Shown: positions 13,272 through 25,900 of the stretch, one piece after another
Layout: each line of letters starts with the position of its first letter
How positions within the stretch are numbered: the first letter of the stretch is position 1
Source of the DNA: Lama glama
Taxonomy: Eukaryota
DNA: 64,000 nucleotides
Assembly (NCBI GenBank): GCA_028534125.1
Contig: CM052817.1
Coordinates: 994,001 to 1,058,000 of the forward strand
Reading direction: 5' to 3'
Notes under the pieces: generated by a model
The model's input: only the letters and a program-made list of their open reading frames with translations
The model's database searches: none
Told to the model about the DNA's origin: nothing
Translations under genes and position numbers: made by a program

Positions 13272-15935
13272 CGCCCACGTGGGGCTTGGTCTTGGTCAGA
13301 TCGGGGGCGGCCTCGGGCGGCTGGCCCGCCTGGCGGGCAGGGGGCCGGGCGTGGGCCTGGCCCAGAGGACGCAGCCCGCAGCCGCCAAGACAGACAGACA
13401 GACAGGCCTCCCAGGGAGGGAGCGCTTCCCCACACTGAGCCATCGCTGCAGCGCCCGCTGCGCCCGCACTGACGCCGTCTGAGGACAGACCAGCCAGCGA
13501 CCCGCATTCCAGCCACACTTGAATCTGAGCGCCAGGCCTCCCTCCCGCTCTGTTTTTTTAGGTTGAAGTTATGATTGGAAGTTAACTGGCATATGAAATG
13601 TTATCTCACCTGGAATATATAGATTAGTGTCTTTTCTAAGGATCACTCTCCTCCCTGATCTCAACGACGGCTCTCGGCCTGCCTGCCTGTCGTCCGCACT
13701 CAGGGGAGACCAGGGCGGGGCCTGGGCAAGGACTCAGACCCTGAACGCCTTGGAAACCATGATTGTGATCATTATTTTGCTCTTATGAAACAGCCGTATG
13801 ACTTTTTTTTGTACTAATGTGAAATTTTTCCTCGAAATGCTTCCCCCCGTCCTGTTGAGAAGCCGGCCCCAGGATGGGTGACAGCGCTAGTGTCTGGCCT
13901 CCTCGGAGGCTGCTCCCCACGGATTTGACCCAGACGCTGCCACCGCGCTGGCCTTCACTGCACAGGCCCGCGGAGCAGCCTCCCCCGGGGCTCTCACCAG
14001 TGCTTGGGGGAAGTTTGTATATTTTTTCAGTTGGCTTCTTACCAGTTTCTGGCTTTTATTCTCAATATATTTTTGCTAAACTTGGTTCACAAGTTACCAC
14101 GACTGACATGCGTGTTTACTGATGCGTCCTGAGTTCTCACTGCAGAAGGAGTGAGGTTTGTGGGGCACGGCCCCCCTGCTGGCCCCGTGTCCAGCGACAA
14201 CGTAGGGAAACGGTCTGTCCGGGACCAGAGCCCGTGGGACGCGTGCAGTTCCAGAAAGCACTCCTTTCAGGCTGAGGAGGGACCCAGAGGTCAGAACCGC
14301 TGCCACCTGAAGTGACTTTCCACACTCACGGGTCTGCTCCTGGGAAACGTGAGCTGCGCTGGGCACGGGCGCTGGTCTCCTGACCGCGGGCCGCCGCTGA
14401 CCCCCGAGGTTTCCATCAGCTCTTCCTTGTTAAGAGGCCCTGCCGCACGAAGTGAACCACCCGCGAGCACTGCGTTCACGGTGGAGACCAGGCTCCTCTC
14501 CTCCTGACCCAGGAAGTTGGGAGCGTCCCCACAGTCGCAAGGGCGGGACGGGATGGTGGCGGCAGGTGCTTCTCTCTGGCCTCTTCTTAAAATAACCTAA
14601 GGGGAACATCTGTCCTGCAGAAGTCCACACAGCTGTTCTTGAAAACTCCTGAGGCCTCCGGTTTGTGCCTCGTAGAACTGACGGCAGGACGTACTTGGAC
14701 TCAAGTTCACGACCTCTCTGTGGTTTTGTGATGTGAGTTTTTGGGGTGGCGTGGGCTCTGCCAGGCCAAGGCCGCAGGGTCACAGGAGACGGGCTTGGTC
14801 CTCCGCTGGGGCTTCTGCACGTGAGGCTTAGCTGTGTCTGGACACACGCCGCCGGTGGGACGCAGGGACCGCAGAGCATCTCAGTTGAGAACTGCGGCTT
14901 CTCCCCGGTAGTCGGGGGAGGTACTGGACTGACTCACAAGTCGAGGCCCCAGGCCTCCCCCGGGCCTGCACTGCTGTCACCCGTCCTCCCTCCAGGGACC
15001 GCCTTCGGCCCAAGTCACAACACCGGACTGGTTTTACAGTGCACTTTGGGGAGCAGATTAACTTATTTTTGTATTGACAGTCATAAAATTTTGTGGCTTT
15101 TGAGTCACTTTGACATTATTTCCAAATTCTTTTATGATCTTTCTCAAGGAAATACTGGAAAATCTATTTTTGACATGGCTGCCTGCTTTCCAAAACCTGT
15201 TAAACTAATGAGCAAATAACACTAACTTTGAGAATCTCTAGAAAACCAGTTTATGGACCTGAACCCAACGAGGCTCTGGAGGAGCAGCCGCGCTGGAGGG
15301 GCCTTCCCGACGGGGCTGTGACCGGGGCCTTGGCTTGAGTGAGGGCAGCTCGCGCTGGGGGGCCGGTGTCAGTCCTATGTCACCAATGTGCAGTGGAAGC
15401 GGGGAACAGCTCCCGGGCGCCTCTGGACTCCCACCCAGACGCGAGCGGACGCCCTGCGCACCCCTCAGGTCTGCACTCCCAGCGCCCTCCACACACACAC
15501 CACGGCAGCCAGGCCGCAGGGCACGGTGCCCTTCTAGAGCTACCTTATTTTCAGGAACTGAAGATAAGCCTGCTTAGTGAAAGTCCATGCAAACGACTGT
15601 CGGTTGCCAAATTCTTGATCCTACGAGATGTGTAGCGTTTGATGAAGGTTTGAGCAAAACGCCGAGTCCACGGGCGTGACGTCCCCGGACCCCGCCGAGA
15701 TGTGAAACCGTACGAACACTGCCCACCGGGGTCTGCGCTCCGGACAGCAGGTCGGGCGCCTCCTCTCAGGGTGCCAGGTGCTACCGCCAGTTCTGACAGA
15801 CGACCGAGAAACTTGAAGCTCGCTTCTGGGGAGAGCATACTAAGATGTAGATTTGAGACTTGCCAAAACGGAAGCTGCATCTGGAAAGCCGTGTGTGAGT
15901 ATTTTTGTATTAAAAGATTTTAAAGGCCTTTTGCT
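13272..15935 (+). other. NSD2: NSD2 3'UTR (end approximate)
   Basis: Follows the stop codon; ATTAAA at 15909-15914 followed by a GU/U-rich tract. Confidence 0.6.
15909..15914 (+). terminator. Candidate NSD2 polyadenylation signal ATTAAA
   Basis: Upstream TGTA and U-run, downstream ttgctttgtgtgg GU-rich element. Confidence 0.55.
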
Positions 15936-16303
15936 CAGACTTGCTTTGTGTGGGAGTGCGTTCTTCGGTCTGGGGCTTCCTTCCACTTCCCGGTCGGCGG
16001 CTGTCGTGTGTTCGGGGGGCGCGTTCGGGGGGCGCAGTCCTCGGACGTCGTCCTGCTTTTGACTCTCGGGGCGAGGCCGACATGGCCCTGGACGTGCAAC
16101 AAACACCACAAGCAGTGCTGTTCTGATTCTGGAAAAAAGTGTTTCCCCTACCATAAATAACTTGGTTCCCAGACTCCCCGTAAGAGTGAGGCGGCCAGGA
16201 GAGGACGCCGCGGACGCCCCTCCCCCGGCGCCGACCCCCAAGCAGAGCGGAGGGTGGGCTGGCTAGAAACATAGCTCTGGTGCTTTCTTTAGAAAAGCTG
16301 AAC

Positions 16304-16309
16304 TTTAAT
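16304..16309 (-). terminator. Candidate NELFA polyadenylation signal ATTAAA
   Basis: tttaat on + strand, about 430 nt beyond the NELFA stop. Confidence 0.6.
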
Positions 16310-16741
16310 TACTCACAGACAGTCTTTACAGTGGCAACAAGTACCCGAGGCCTGGTCTTAAATGCGTACGACTGTACGAGAGGCACAAGACCGCGGGCCG
16401 GGGACGCGGCCTGACGTCCCTGGCGCCGCCCCCACCTGTCCTCAGCCACGCCGGGCGCCGCCCACGGTGCCCTCACCTCGTGGGTCAGGGGCTGCAAGAG
16501 CAAGGAAGAGCCCTCCCTCAAGGCCAGTGGAATTTAAGAAGAAAATTAAAAAAAGAAGTCGAACTGTCAGAGCTGTCCCTAAGATTAGGAAATTACAGCT
16601 TTCTGGGCTAAGTTTAACATTCAAAAATGTAATATTGAATCCAAAAAAGTGTCTTAAATCACACAAAAGGGAGCCCATACTAAAACTTAGAAAACAAGTC
16701 CGAACCCCGAGGCGGGGCCTGCAGCGCGGGCGGCTGCGGCC

Positions 16742-16926
16742 TCAGGACACGTTGGCCATGGGCTTGTACTTCTTGAAGCGCGTCCACTGGCCCGTGGCGT
16801 AGTTCATCTCGAAGACGGTGTCCACCAGCATGGTGGTGCTGCCCTGGCCGTCCGACTTGGGCAGGTCCTCTGTGTGCTCGCTCAGCTTGATCTGGATCAC
16901 GTCGCCCTGCTCCTGGCAGGGATTCT
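16742..16926 (-). CDS. NELFA: NELFA exon 11 (ENPCQEQGDVIQIKL...KYKPMANVS, stop)
   Basis: ctgcag|AG acceptor, TGA at 16744-16742. Confidence 0.97.
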
Positions 16927-17031
16927 CTGCAGGGGAAGAGGCTGCTGGGCGGAAGGGGTCGGGGGCCAACCCCCGACCCCTCCCTGGAGGACCCGCAGCC
17001 CGAAGCCCACCAGGCCGGCCACCAGACCCAC

Positions 17032-17131
17032 CTCGGGAGCCGGCCATGAAGCCCAAGATGAGGGCCTTCTCAGGCCGCGTGACCTTATTGGCCGTCTTGA
17101 ACATCTCCTGCGCGGCAAACATCTGCTCTCT
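17032..17131 (-). CDS. NELFA: NELFA exon 10 (REQMFAAQEMFK...GFMAGSR)
   Basis: ctgcag|AGA acceptor, GAG|gtgggt donor, 100 nt. Confidence 0.96.
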
Positions 17132-17216
17132 CTGCAGTGGGAAGAGGGTGTGGGTGCCCGGACCCCGTTGCAGTGCTGGGGGGCCAGGCCATGTGCCCCC
17201 CGCCGCCTACACCTAC

Positions 17217-17494
17217 CGTGAGCGACAGGTTCTTCTTGGGCTGCTGCTGGGCGGGGGGCTGGGCCTGGGGGGCCACCATGGCCACTGGAGGTGTCTGGGC
17301 GGCGGGGGTGACCGCTGGGGGCGTGGTGGGCGTCAGGGGCGAGGTGGGCGCAGTGGGTGTGGGTGCAGCAGGGCTCGGGCCGCTGTTGTACAAGGGCGCC
17401 CTCTGCTTGAACTGCGCGGGCAGTGTCGGGCTCGCGGCGCTGGGCTCCTCAGGCGGCCGGCTGGCCTGCAGGCTGGCTTCCCGGGAAGACGGGG
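17217..17494 (-). CDS. NELFA: NELFA exon 9 (Pro/Thr-rich, ...QPKKNLSLT)
   Basis: ttgcag|CC acceptor, ACG|gtaggt donor, 278 nt, phase 1/0. Confidence 0.95.
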
Positions 17495-17930
17495 CTGCAA
17501 GTGGAGTGAGGCCTGGTGAGGGGCCGGGGGGCAGGTACCCCACCCTGGGCTCTGCGCTCAGCCCGCGGCTCCTAGAGACGTGGACGGGGTCTGCTCTGCT
17601 GCCCGCTGACCCTGTGTCGCCCCAGAGCCCACACGCTGCCAGGCTTCTGTGACCCTGCACTTCCTGGAGGGTAGGGAGATTGTAGGGGTGGGCCCTGGCC
17701 CCAGGAAGGGCAAAGCAGGGGAGAACTTTGGGTTCGTTTCTTCAAGTTCACGCCGGCCAGGAGGGTCCTGGGTCTCCGGCCGGCTCCACTGAAGGAGAGG
17801 GACGAGGGACAGAGATGTCCTGACCCCCAAGGAAGCACCACGTGGGCAAGTCCTGGGGAGATGCTGCTCCCTCCTGGCGAGTAGGGGTCCCCCAGACCAC
17901 GGAACACCGCCTGCGTGGGGCACCCCTCAC

Positions 17931-18042
17931 CTGGCGGGGCCTCGGAGCTGGGGGCATAGGACGACGCCGGGACGACACTGGGCGTGGCGGGTAGGTAGCT
18001 CGTGGAGGGCAGCGCAGGCTCATTGTTCAAAGACCCGAGTTT
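17931..18042 (-). CDS. NELFA: NELFA exon 8 (KLGSLNNEPALPSTSYLP...)
   Basis: ttccag|AAA acceptor, CAG|gtgagg donor, 112 nt. Confidence 0.95.
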
Positions 18043-18671
18043 CTGGAAGAAAGAGTCTGTGGTTCCTCCCAGAAGAGGCCGGGGGCTCAGTGCGTGCTTC
18101 CCCCAGACACCGGGCGGGTGGCTCTTCCACGGCCTCAGTGCCTCACCCCACTGGAGGGGCCCCGGCCCTGGAGCAGGACAAGGACACTGCTGTCCCCAGG
18201 GCTGGGGAGGGGACCTCTCTGGGCCCCACACTGGGCAGTGTGGGACTCCAAGCGTCCAGCCCTGGTCCCCGGCCTGGAGCTGCTGCAGCAGAGAGGCAGG
18301 GACCAGATGGTTCCCGTTTGGTGAAGGAGCCTCTCGAACAGCTGTCTGAGGAAAGGAGAAAGCTCGACCGTGTCTTTCCTTCCAGGAAAGCACACAATAC
18401 AGGATGAGAGAAAACAGCTCTGCAAGAGGAAGAGTCACCTGCTGCCCAGAGACGGGCCTTCCCAGGCCCCCTGCAGCCACGCCTCCACAAGGCGCACACT
18501 CGCCGTGCCCGGCGGCCCAGCCTCCCCGCCAGCAGAGGCCTCTGAGCGGGGACACCGCCAAGGAGCTCCCCGCACAGATCTGCGCAAACACGTGTGCACA
18601 CGTACCCTCCAGCAGCCACAACGCGAACAGGAAGGACCCCGCTCCGGCTGCTGGAGGCGCTGAAGTCCTAC

Positions 18672-18760
18672 CTGAGTGGATACCAGGCCGGCTGCATAGT
18701 CGGGGGTGGCGTTCTCGATGACCGTCTCCTCCTTGGCCGGCTTTTCCGCCACTTCTGCGT
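18672..18760 (-). CDS. NELFA: NELFA exon 7 (DAEVAEKPAKEETVIENATPDYAAGLVSTQ)
   Basis: cagcag|AC acceptor, CAG|gtagga donor, 89 nt. Confidence 0.95.
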
Positions 18761-19006
18761 CTGCTGAGAAATCGGAGTCCTCAGTGGCCCGGCCACCATC
18801 CTGGCCCCGGCTCAGAGCAGGTCACCCGGGGGCACACAGTCTCCAGGAGAAGCCGGCGACGAGCCCCCAGGGAAGGGCCACGCGCGGGGCTGACTCTCTC
18901 CAGCCAGAGATGAGGGAGACACAGGCCTCCACGAGCAGACGAAGCGGGGCCCCTAGGCAGCCAGCGCCCCCTCCGCAGACCTTGCCCGGAGGCCCCGCAC
19001 ACGCAC

Positions 19007-19076
19007 CCAGCGTCTTCCTCCTCCTCTTCGCCTCCCGGCCGGCACCAACCATATCCAGCTCAGAAATGTCAAGGAG
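19007..19076 (-). CDS. NELFA: NELFA exon 6 (LLDISELDMVGAGREAKRRRKTL)
   Basis: gacag|CTC acceptor, CTGG|gtgcgt donor, 70 nt. Confidence 0.95.
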
Positions 19077-19167
19077 CTGTCAACACAGACAGAAGGCCAC
19101 CCTCAGCCACAGTGAAGGCGTGCTGGGCCAGTCCCAGGGGCCGCAGAAGCCAGAGGGGCGCGCTCAC

Positions 19168-19298
19168 CTTCACGCCCCTCTCCTTCCGCAGGGGCGTCCT
19201 GGAAGGCGGGATGGGAGTCCGGTTCCCGGTGGGGCTGAAGACACTGGGGGCAGTGGGGCTCCGGAAGGGTGCCTGCTTCGGGATGCCTTTGAGCGGGG
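19168..19298 (-). CDS. NELFA: NELFA exon 5 (PLKGIPKQAPFRSP...RKERGVK)
   Basis: ttgcag|CC acceptor, AAG|gtgagc donor, 131 nt. Confidence 0.95.
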
Positions 19299-20114
19299 CT
19301 GCAAAGAGGACGGCGGCGTCAGGGCTTCAGACACTGTGACCAGCAGAGATGGCCCAGGGCGAGCTGCCCTAGGGGAGGACCACAGGGACCGCTCATCTGC
19401 CAGTAACTCCACAGCCCCCACACAGGGCTCCCATGGACAGACTGCGTCTCAGGGCAGGGGCAGGTGGCACCCCCGGGACGCCTGCGACCAAGGGCCTGCC
19501 CTGTTCCCCTCGCATGTACTTGGGCACCAAGCTGGCCTGCCCAGAAGGGCAAGGCTTGGGAATCAATGACGCCACAGCCCAAACGTGGCATTTTCAAAGA
19601 CACTGAACAAAAGCCACCTCTGCAGCCATCAACCCAACACATGGACTCCATCAGCTCTGACAACTGCGGGTGCTACTCCTTTCCTGAGCCTCTTGGTGAA
19701 TGGACCTGTTACAGGCTGGACAGCCAGAACCACCCACCCTCCGTCCCCATGCCTGATCCCCATCTCCCACAGAGGACGCAGAGACCGCACCCAGCCAGTG
19801 ACCCGAGCTGCATGGCAGCCCGCGCCTGCCGGCTGCTGAAGACGTGTGAGAAACCAAAACGGGCGTCTCCCTCTGCTGTCCTTCCTTGTCTCGTGGGTTC
19901 ACGCGCAACCTTCCAGATCCTACATGGAAAAGCTTCTGAAACTAACCCTGCGCTCGCCCCTCGTTCCACACTCACAGGCCCGAAAGCACCCTCAGGCCTG
20001 TTGCCACCAGATCCCAACCCTAGAGGACTCTGCTGACGAGGGAAGAGTGTCTTTAGGGCAGACACACGAGGCAGCCGGGGCTGGCAGGCAGGGGCGGCGG
20101 GGGCGCGGCCTTAC

Positions 20115-20204
20115 TCGTGGTGTCCATCTTCCGGAGCAGCCCCCGGCCCTTGGCATGGAAGGGTACCCCCGCGCTCCTCTTCAGCTGCTGGGCGGTCTCG
20201 GTGG
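20115..20204 (-). CDS. NELFA: NELFA exon 4 (STETAQQLKRSAGVPFHAKGRGLLRKMDTT)
   Basis: ttgcag|CC acceptor, ACGA|gtaagg donor, 90 nt. Confidence 0.95.
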
Positions 20205-21376
20205 CTGCAAGGACAAGGGTGGCGGGTCAGCGCTCAGCTGCATGGCACCACGGAGCGAGCCCGCCTCAGTCTGATTACAAGGAAGGCCGAGGTGCGAGTG
20301 TTCGAGCACAAACATGGGTCTGCCCCCTCACGACACGTAACCTGTCGGCTGAGAAACCCAACAGGGTACGTACAACTATGTTCTCCACCTTCTGTAAGTA
20401 CAGCCGCTAAGGCCGCACCTCCCAGGGGATGGCGGGCGAGCCGGGCACAGGAGGAGGCACAGCCAGGCCGGGGTCTGGGAGGGGCCTCCCCTCTCCCCAG
20501 GTGGCTGCAGGGAGGCCTTGTGGGGACCTGGGCGAGGGCCCGAGGCGGGCGAAGGTTCCTGGTGAAGTGTCCTCACTGGTGGTCCTCGCTAACTGACCAT
20601 TTCCCTTCACAGACGCACAAAGACAAGGGGTTTTCCTGACACAGCTCAGGGAGGAACAGAGCCCAGCGCCTGGCACCAGGTTCTGCTGCCAGAGGGTGCA
20701 TGGAAAGGTCTGAGGCCCAGGCTGCATGCTGCCAGCTCCACAAAACCACACAGCAGTGCTGACCCGGACACTGTCCATCTGCAGCCAAGGGTCATGATGC
20801 CTGCTGTGTTTCATCTGGATTCTTTGAAAACCGGGCATTAATATCAGTATCATAACTATTTACAACAGAAGTTTTGCCACCACCGGTCAGAGGAATCAGT
20901 TTCCTTGTCTTCTTCCCAGCAAGTATCCCTGCACAGACACGTTACAGGGCACCGTCTGAGAAAACATCACATGAAATGACCCAGCATCTTTAGGGTCAAA
21001 CTGAGACCGTGTACTACTGAAGGGGTGAGGAGCTACGGAGTGAGGCGCAGTCCCTCCCAGGCTGCCAGTCTCATCACCAGTGTCACACAACTGGTACAGA
21101 GGTCACTTTTGTATCAAAGATTATAAATACTGTAACCTGGAAATTGGGAAGTTTCTAAGGCATATTTTTAAACACACGGTTTAGCACGGCATCAATAAAT
21201 TTCAAATAAAAGAAACAACTACGTAGGACTCTGTCTTTAAAAGACAGTTTAGGTACCAAAAACCTAGAGGAAATTTAACAACTGCAGACATAAGGCAAAA
21301 GCACAGTTTGCTGGGCAGTGGGCGCTCCCCAGTCCGCGGGCCCCTGGCGGAGCAGCCCGGCAGGACAGCCACTCAC

Positions 21377-21538
21377 ACTTCTGCAGGAGCTCCGCCCTCA
21401 GCGTGGCGCTCTTTGGCTTCCTCTTCAGCTGGAAGTGCTTCACTGGGGGGGTGAGGGGCCCCGCGAGGGTCGTCAGGGCGTTCTTGTTCAGGTACTGGCA
21501 CTCCAGCGGGAGCATGGCCGACGCCTCACACTCACTCA
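21377..21538 (-). CDS. NELFA: NELFA exon 3 (VSECEASAMLPLECQYLNK...LRAELLQK)
   Basis: gcag|TG acceptor, AAGT|gtgagt donor, 162 nt. Confidence 0.96.
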
Positions 21539-22734
21539 CTGCTCGTTCAAGAACCAACATGTTAGGGGGGCGGTCCCTGCCTGGGCCTCGGCTCTCACAG
21601 CTGAGGCTAAGAGGACCCAAAATGCAGCTTCCTGCGTACAGTCTTGGAGCTGCTGCTTTGATTGCAACGCAGAAAACAGGGGTCCACAAACTGTCTGCCA
21701 TCACTCAGCCATCAAGGCCACTGACCTGGGCGAGGATGGAAGGGGCCCATCGGAATCCCCCGGGAGCTTTTAAAGGCAGAGGTGCCTGGGCCCCACCCCA
21801 GACTTGCTGGGCGGGAAGGCTGGGGACACAGGTTCCCATCAGTACAGCTATTTCTGGAGGGCGTTTTAGGCACCCCAAGAGCAAGCGGCGGGAAGGGAAG
21901 GTCTGCGGCCAGCTCGGTTTCCCCCCCGGAGTCGTCCCTGCTGCCCAGGTTGGTTAATAGGCCGACCCGGAGGCGGGGGGAAGCACAGACCAGCCCCAAC
22001 CCTGCCCTTCCTGCCCCAGGAGGACCAACCTCCCACCTAAGAGATGACACCCAGGTGGGCGTGGCCCTGTCTGGACCCTCGTCGAGGTAATCATCAGCAC
22101 AGAGATATCTTGGGTTTGCTCTGGAAGAATCTATGTAGTTCTCAGAATCTGGGCAGTTACAAAGCAAGTGAAAATTCAGAGAAGAGTGAGTTCTCGTGGT
22201 TGAGAAGAGGCTTCAGAAGCGACAGAGGTGTGGGGGTGGCCCCGCAGGGCAGCTTCCATCTTTAAGGGCTGCCAATTCCAGTCTCCAAACCAGGAGAGGA
22301 GCAGTCCTCCTCAGCTCTGTCCTCTCAGACCACCTGCAGGCGTCTGCTAAGTGGGTTTCCAGTTCACGTCCTAAACAAGGGGCCTACTGCTACTTCCAAC
22401 ACACGTCTACTCTGCGCCACGGCGTGTCCCAGTGCCCGTGTCCTCGTGGGGCTGCGTGCGGAGAGGGAGCGTGTGAACATGAAGCGTGCAAGTCAGTGAT
22501 CCATGAGACAAAGGAAGTGCAGTGAGGGGGCAGCTGCTTTTTACAGGTTGGCAAAAACCCAGACGGCAGCAGCGGGGGCAGGGGAGACGTGTGCACACAG
22601 TCAGCGTTTCAGGAACCACAGCGCACCACACAGTACACACACAGCGCCTCAAAGTCACATCCGTTAGAGAAAAGGTGCTCTAAAGGAAGGCGTGTTTCCC
22701 CCATCCCAGCATAAACCAAGCACATGCAACCTAC

Positions 22735-22906
22735 CCTTTTCTCTAAGTTCTCCTAAAATATCCTGAACGTTGGGATTCTGCTCTTCAAGGTCAAGGTTGA
22801 GCGATCCGGTGTCAGGAAAGGACTTCAGAATGTCAGCTACCATGAGAACCCAGGGGTCCGAATCCAGGGTGGCAAGCTGGATGATCTCCGTGAGGGCGCC
22901 CTTCAT
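22735..22906 (-). CDS. NELFA: NELFA exon 2 (MKGALTEIIQLA...ILGELREK)
   Basis: ggcag|ATG acceptor, AAGG|gtaggt donor, 172 nt. Confidence 0.96.
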
Positions 22907-25900
22907 CTGCCGAGAGGGAGGTGACAGTCCTGGGCGCCTAGCCCCCCGCCACCCAGGGCCCCACGTGCACTCTGGGCGGCACCGGCCGTTCAACTGCCCC
23001 CATACCCGGCCCCAGCCCTGGAGGAACCCACCCCAGGGCCACCCCACTTCCCCAGGCTGCCACAGTCTCTGCCTGGTCGCAGCGCCATCTACATCCAGTG
23101 CCCCGACCCGGGCCCACGGCTTGCCCTCCCCCGGAGCGGCTGTCTCTCCCCACCGCCCCCGCCCGGCTCCCAGCAGCACACAGCCTCCGGTGGGCGGACA
23201 GGGAGGACACTGATCTCGCTCTGGCCCCTCCGAGAGCCACCAGCGCCCCGCGGGAAGCCTGCCGGGGGGGCCTATGGAGTGTGGGGGGCCCCGAGGAGGC
23301 AGGCGGCCCCGGCATGCCCAGCAGAGCAGAGGCTGCAGGCGTGCGGGGCAGGGGCCACCTCTCACGCCGCGGCCGGAACTTAAGACGAAGGTGACGGCCC
23401 GTGTGGCCGAGGCCAGGAAACTGGGGGGGGTGCGGAAGACAGGACAACTGCCTGGCGGCTCCTCAGAGAGACAAGCACCGGTCGATCGCCACGCAGCCCA
23501 GCAGCCCAGGCCGAGGCGCTGACCCAGAGGGGCAGAGACACACGCCCCCCAGGCCTTGTGCGTGAAGGGCTGCATTCAGCAGGGCCGAAGAGCAGAGGCA
23601 GCCAGCTCCATCGTCTGCTGGATGGACGGACAGAGTGCTGCTCACTGCCCTGCGGAGCACCGCCTGGGACAGGTGGCAGCACTGGCACCCGTGACAACGC
23701 GGAGGAGCTGCCAGCACAAAGTTCGGGAAGAAGCCGAACACCACAGAGCGCAGCCGGCGGGGGCGGGCCCCCGTACACATGCAATATCCACAGTAGAGAA
23801 ATCCACAGACGTACAAAGGGGGATGGACGGTGGTCCTGGAGCTGGAGGCAGGGGGAGCAGGGAGTGACTGGCGAAAATGTCCCGGTATCAGATGGTGGCA
23901 ATGATCGCACAGTATTGTAAACATACCAAAAACACAGAACTGTACACTTTAAAAGAATGAATTCTCTGTGAATATTTCAATCTGAAAAATTGAATGAAGC
24001 CAAAAAATGTGGGGTCCCCGGAGCATCTGAGCCAAAGCCCACAGATGTCTCCACAGTTGGCATCAGCCTAGGTTCCGCCTGGAACCAAAAGAACCCATCC
24101 TGGAGGCGGGAGTGCCCCTGCCCGGGCTGGGTGCCACGTCCCCAGGTGCCAGAAGCTGGATGCCCAGGAAGCACGGCCCAGCCGTCTCCAGAGGCAGCCT
24201 GGCAGCAGAGACAGGAACTGGGCAGGACAAGGACAGGCCTCTGTCCGATGGGCAGTCCCTGTCACCTGGAACAGCTCTGGCCTCCCTGACACGAAGCATC
24301 TCCTCAGTCCAGGGGAGCCATGGTCCCAGAAGGACCGGCAGAGGAGCAGCCCAAGGGCCACACAGGATGAGCAGACAGACGCCTCCGCCGGGCACAGGGC
24401 CCCTCTGACCAGGCGCAGGGCCGTGAGGTTTTAAAACTCTCTAAAGCAAGGGGGAGAGATGAGTTCAAGATACAGCAGGACAACAGGAGGTGGCCCAAGC
24501 GACACAAGAGCCCAAACCTAGAAACAGACCTGAGACGTCATGAAACCTCTGAGAACATGTTACAGGGCATGAGCAGACGACGAGCTGTGGTGCTTTCCAC
24601 ACATCCCGAGGTCACTGCCCTCAGTTCACCTGCAAGTCTGGGGTGACCCCACTCAAAGCGCAGAAATGTTTCCTTCACAGAACTGGACCTGATTCTGCAC
24701 TTTCTATGAGAAAATCAATAAACAAAAATAATAAGAAAAATGTAAAAGGTAAGAGGAAGATAGGTTTTACCAGACATTAAAATGATAAACACTGCATGAT
24801 CAAGTATGTTCCTCCCGTCACTTTATTGCTAGGCAGGCTTCAAGTGGACCAGACGTCAACCTGAGGTGCGAGGCTGTGCGGCTCTAGGAGAAACCACAGA
24901 AGGCCTTCCTTCGTGGACCAAGGAGGCCTCTGTAGTTGTGACTCCAACCAAGGAGCCGTAAGAGAGCAGAATCTGACTTCTGCTACGCAGGCACTTTTTG
25001 CCTGGAAAACCACACACCGCAAATGAGGGGGAACACACCTGCAACCCCCATCACGGGCGGCTAGCGCGACACGCAAATACAGACGAGAGGCTGGTCCTCC
25101 AGGGCAGGTTTAAACGTTCACCATTACAAAAAAATGGCTTAAAACTCTTGAAACAGAAAGGCTACTCAGCCTCGTCTGCCGTTAAGAGAAGTGCAGAGTG
25201 ACCGCCCGCACCGCCAGCCACAGACGTGTGCTCATGGCGGTGGCGCCGGGTCCTCCTGGGCTGCAGCACCCGGGACAGAGTCGTGACGACGGCCAGGGAA
25301 CACGTGGCCACACGCACGACCGGAACTCAAACGGGCATCGCCTCCACTCAGTTTATTTTGGTGACACTCATCTCAATTTATACTGTATGTGCTGTCTGCC
25401 TGAGCAATTAGTACTTCCAAGAATTTATCCTCTGGTTACCTTGCACACCTGAGAGAACTCTTTGAAGCAAAAGGCAGGAAACAGCTCCATGCCCACCAGT
25501 GGAAACGGGAGCCCAGGTATAAAGCAGGCCCTGCCAGGCAGGGGCAGACACAGCGACCGCACATGCGCTGTGCACGAGCATCCCAAGGTGGCCTCACAGC
25601 TACGCCAACCTCTAGGCATGCATCCTATGGGCACCATGAGGGGCCAGGCCAAGTGAGGAGTGGGGGACACAGAGACAAACAAGACACAGGGCCTGGTCTC
25701 AAAAAAGCTCACGGGTGAGCACCAAATAAACTGAGAATTCACCTGTGTTCACAGAAACCTGCCGCCACAGGTTGAACTGTGCCAGTTGGAGGATGCTGGC
25801 GTCCTAGCCCAGGGCTCAGGTGCGCCCTCCTCTGCACAGACGGGGCACCTGCGTGTGCCAACCCGGCACAACTCCTGTTCTGGTCAAGAGGGAAATCTGG

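Noticed and set aside
19295..19390. Ortholog of human MIR943 at the NELFA exon 5 acceptor
   Set aside because: Minus strand ctgacgccgccgtcctctttgcag only loosely resembles the recalled mature sequence and is explained by the branch point and pyrimidine tract; no convincing hairpin.
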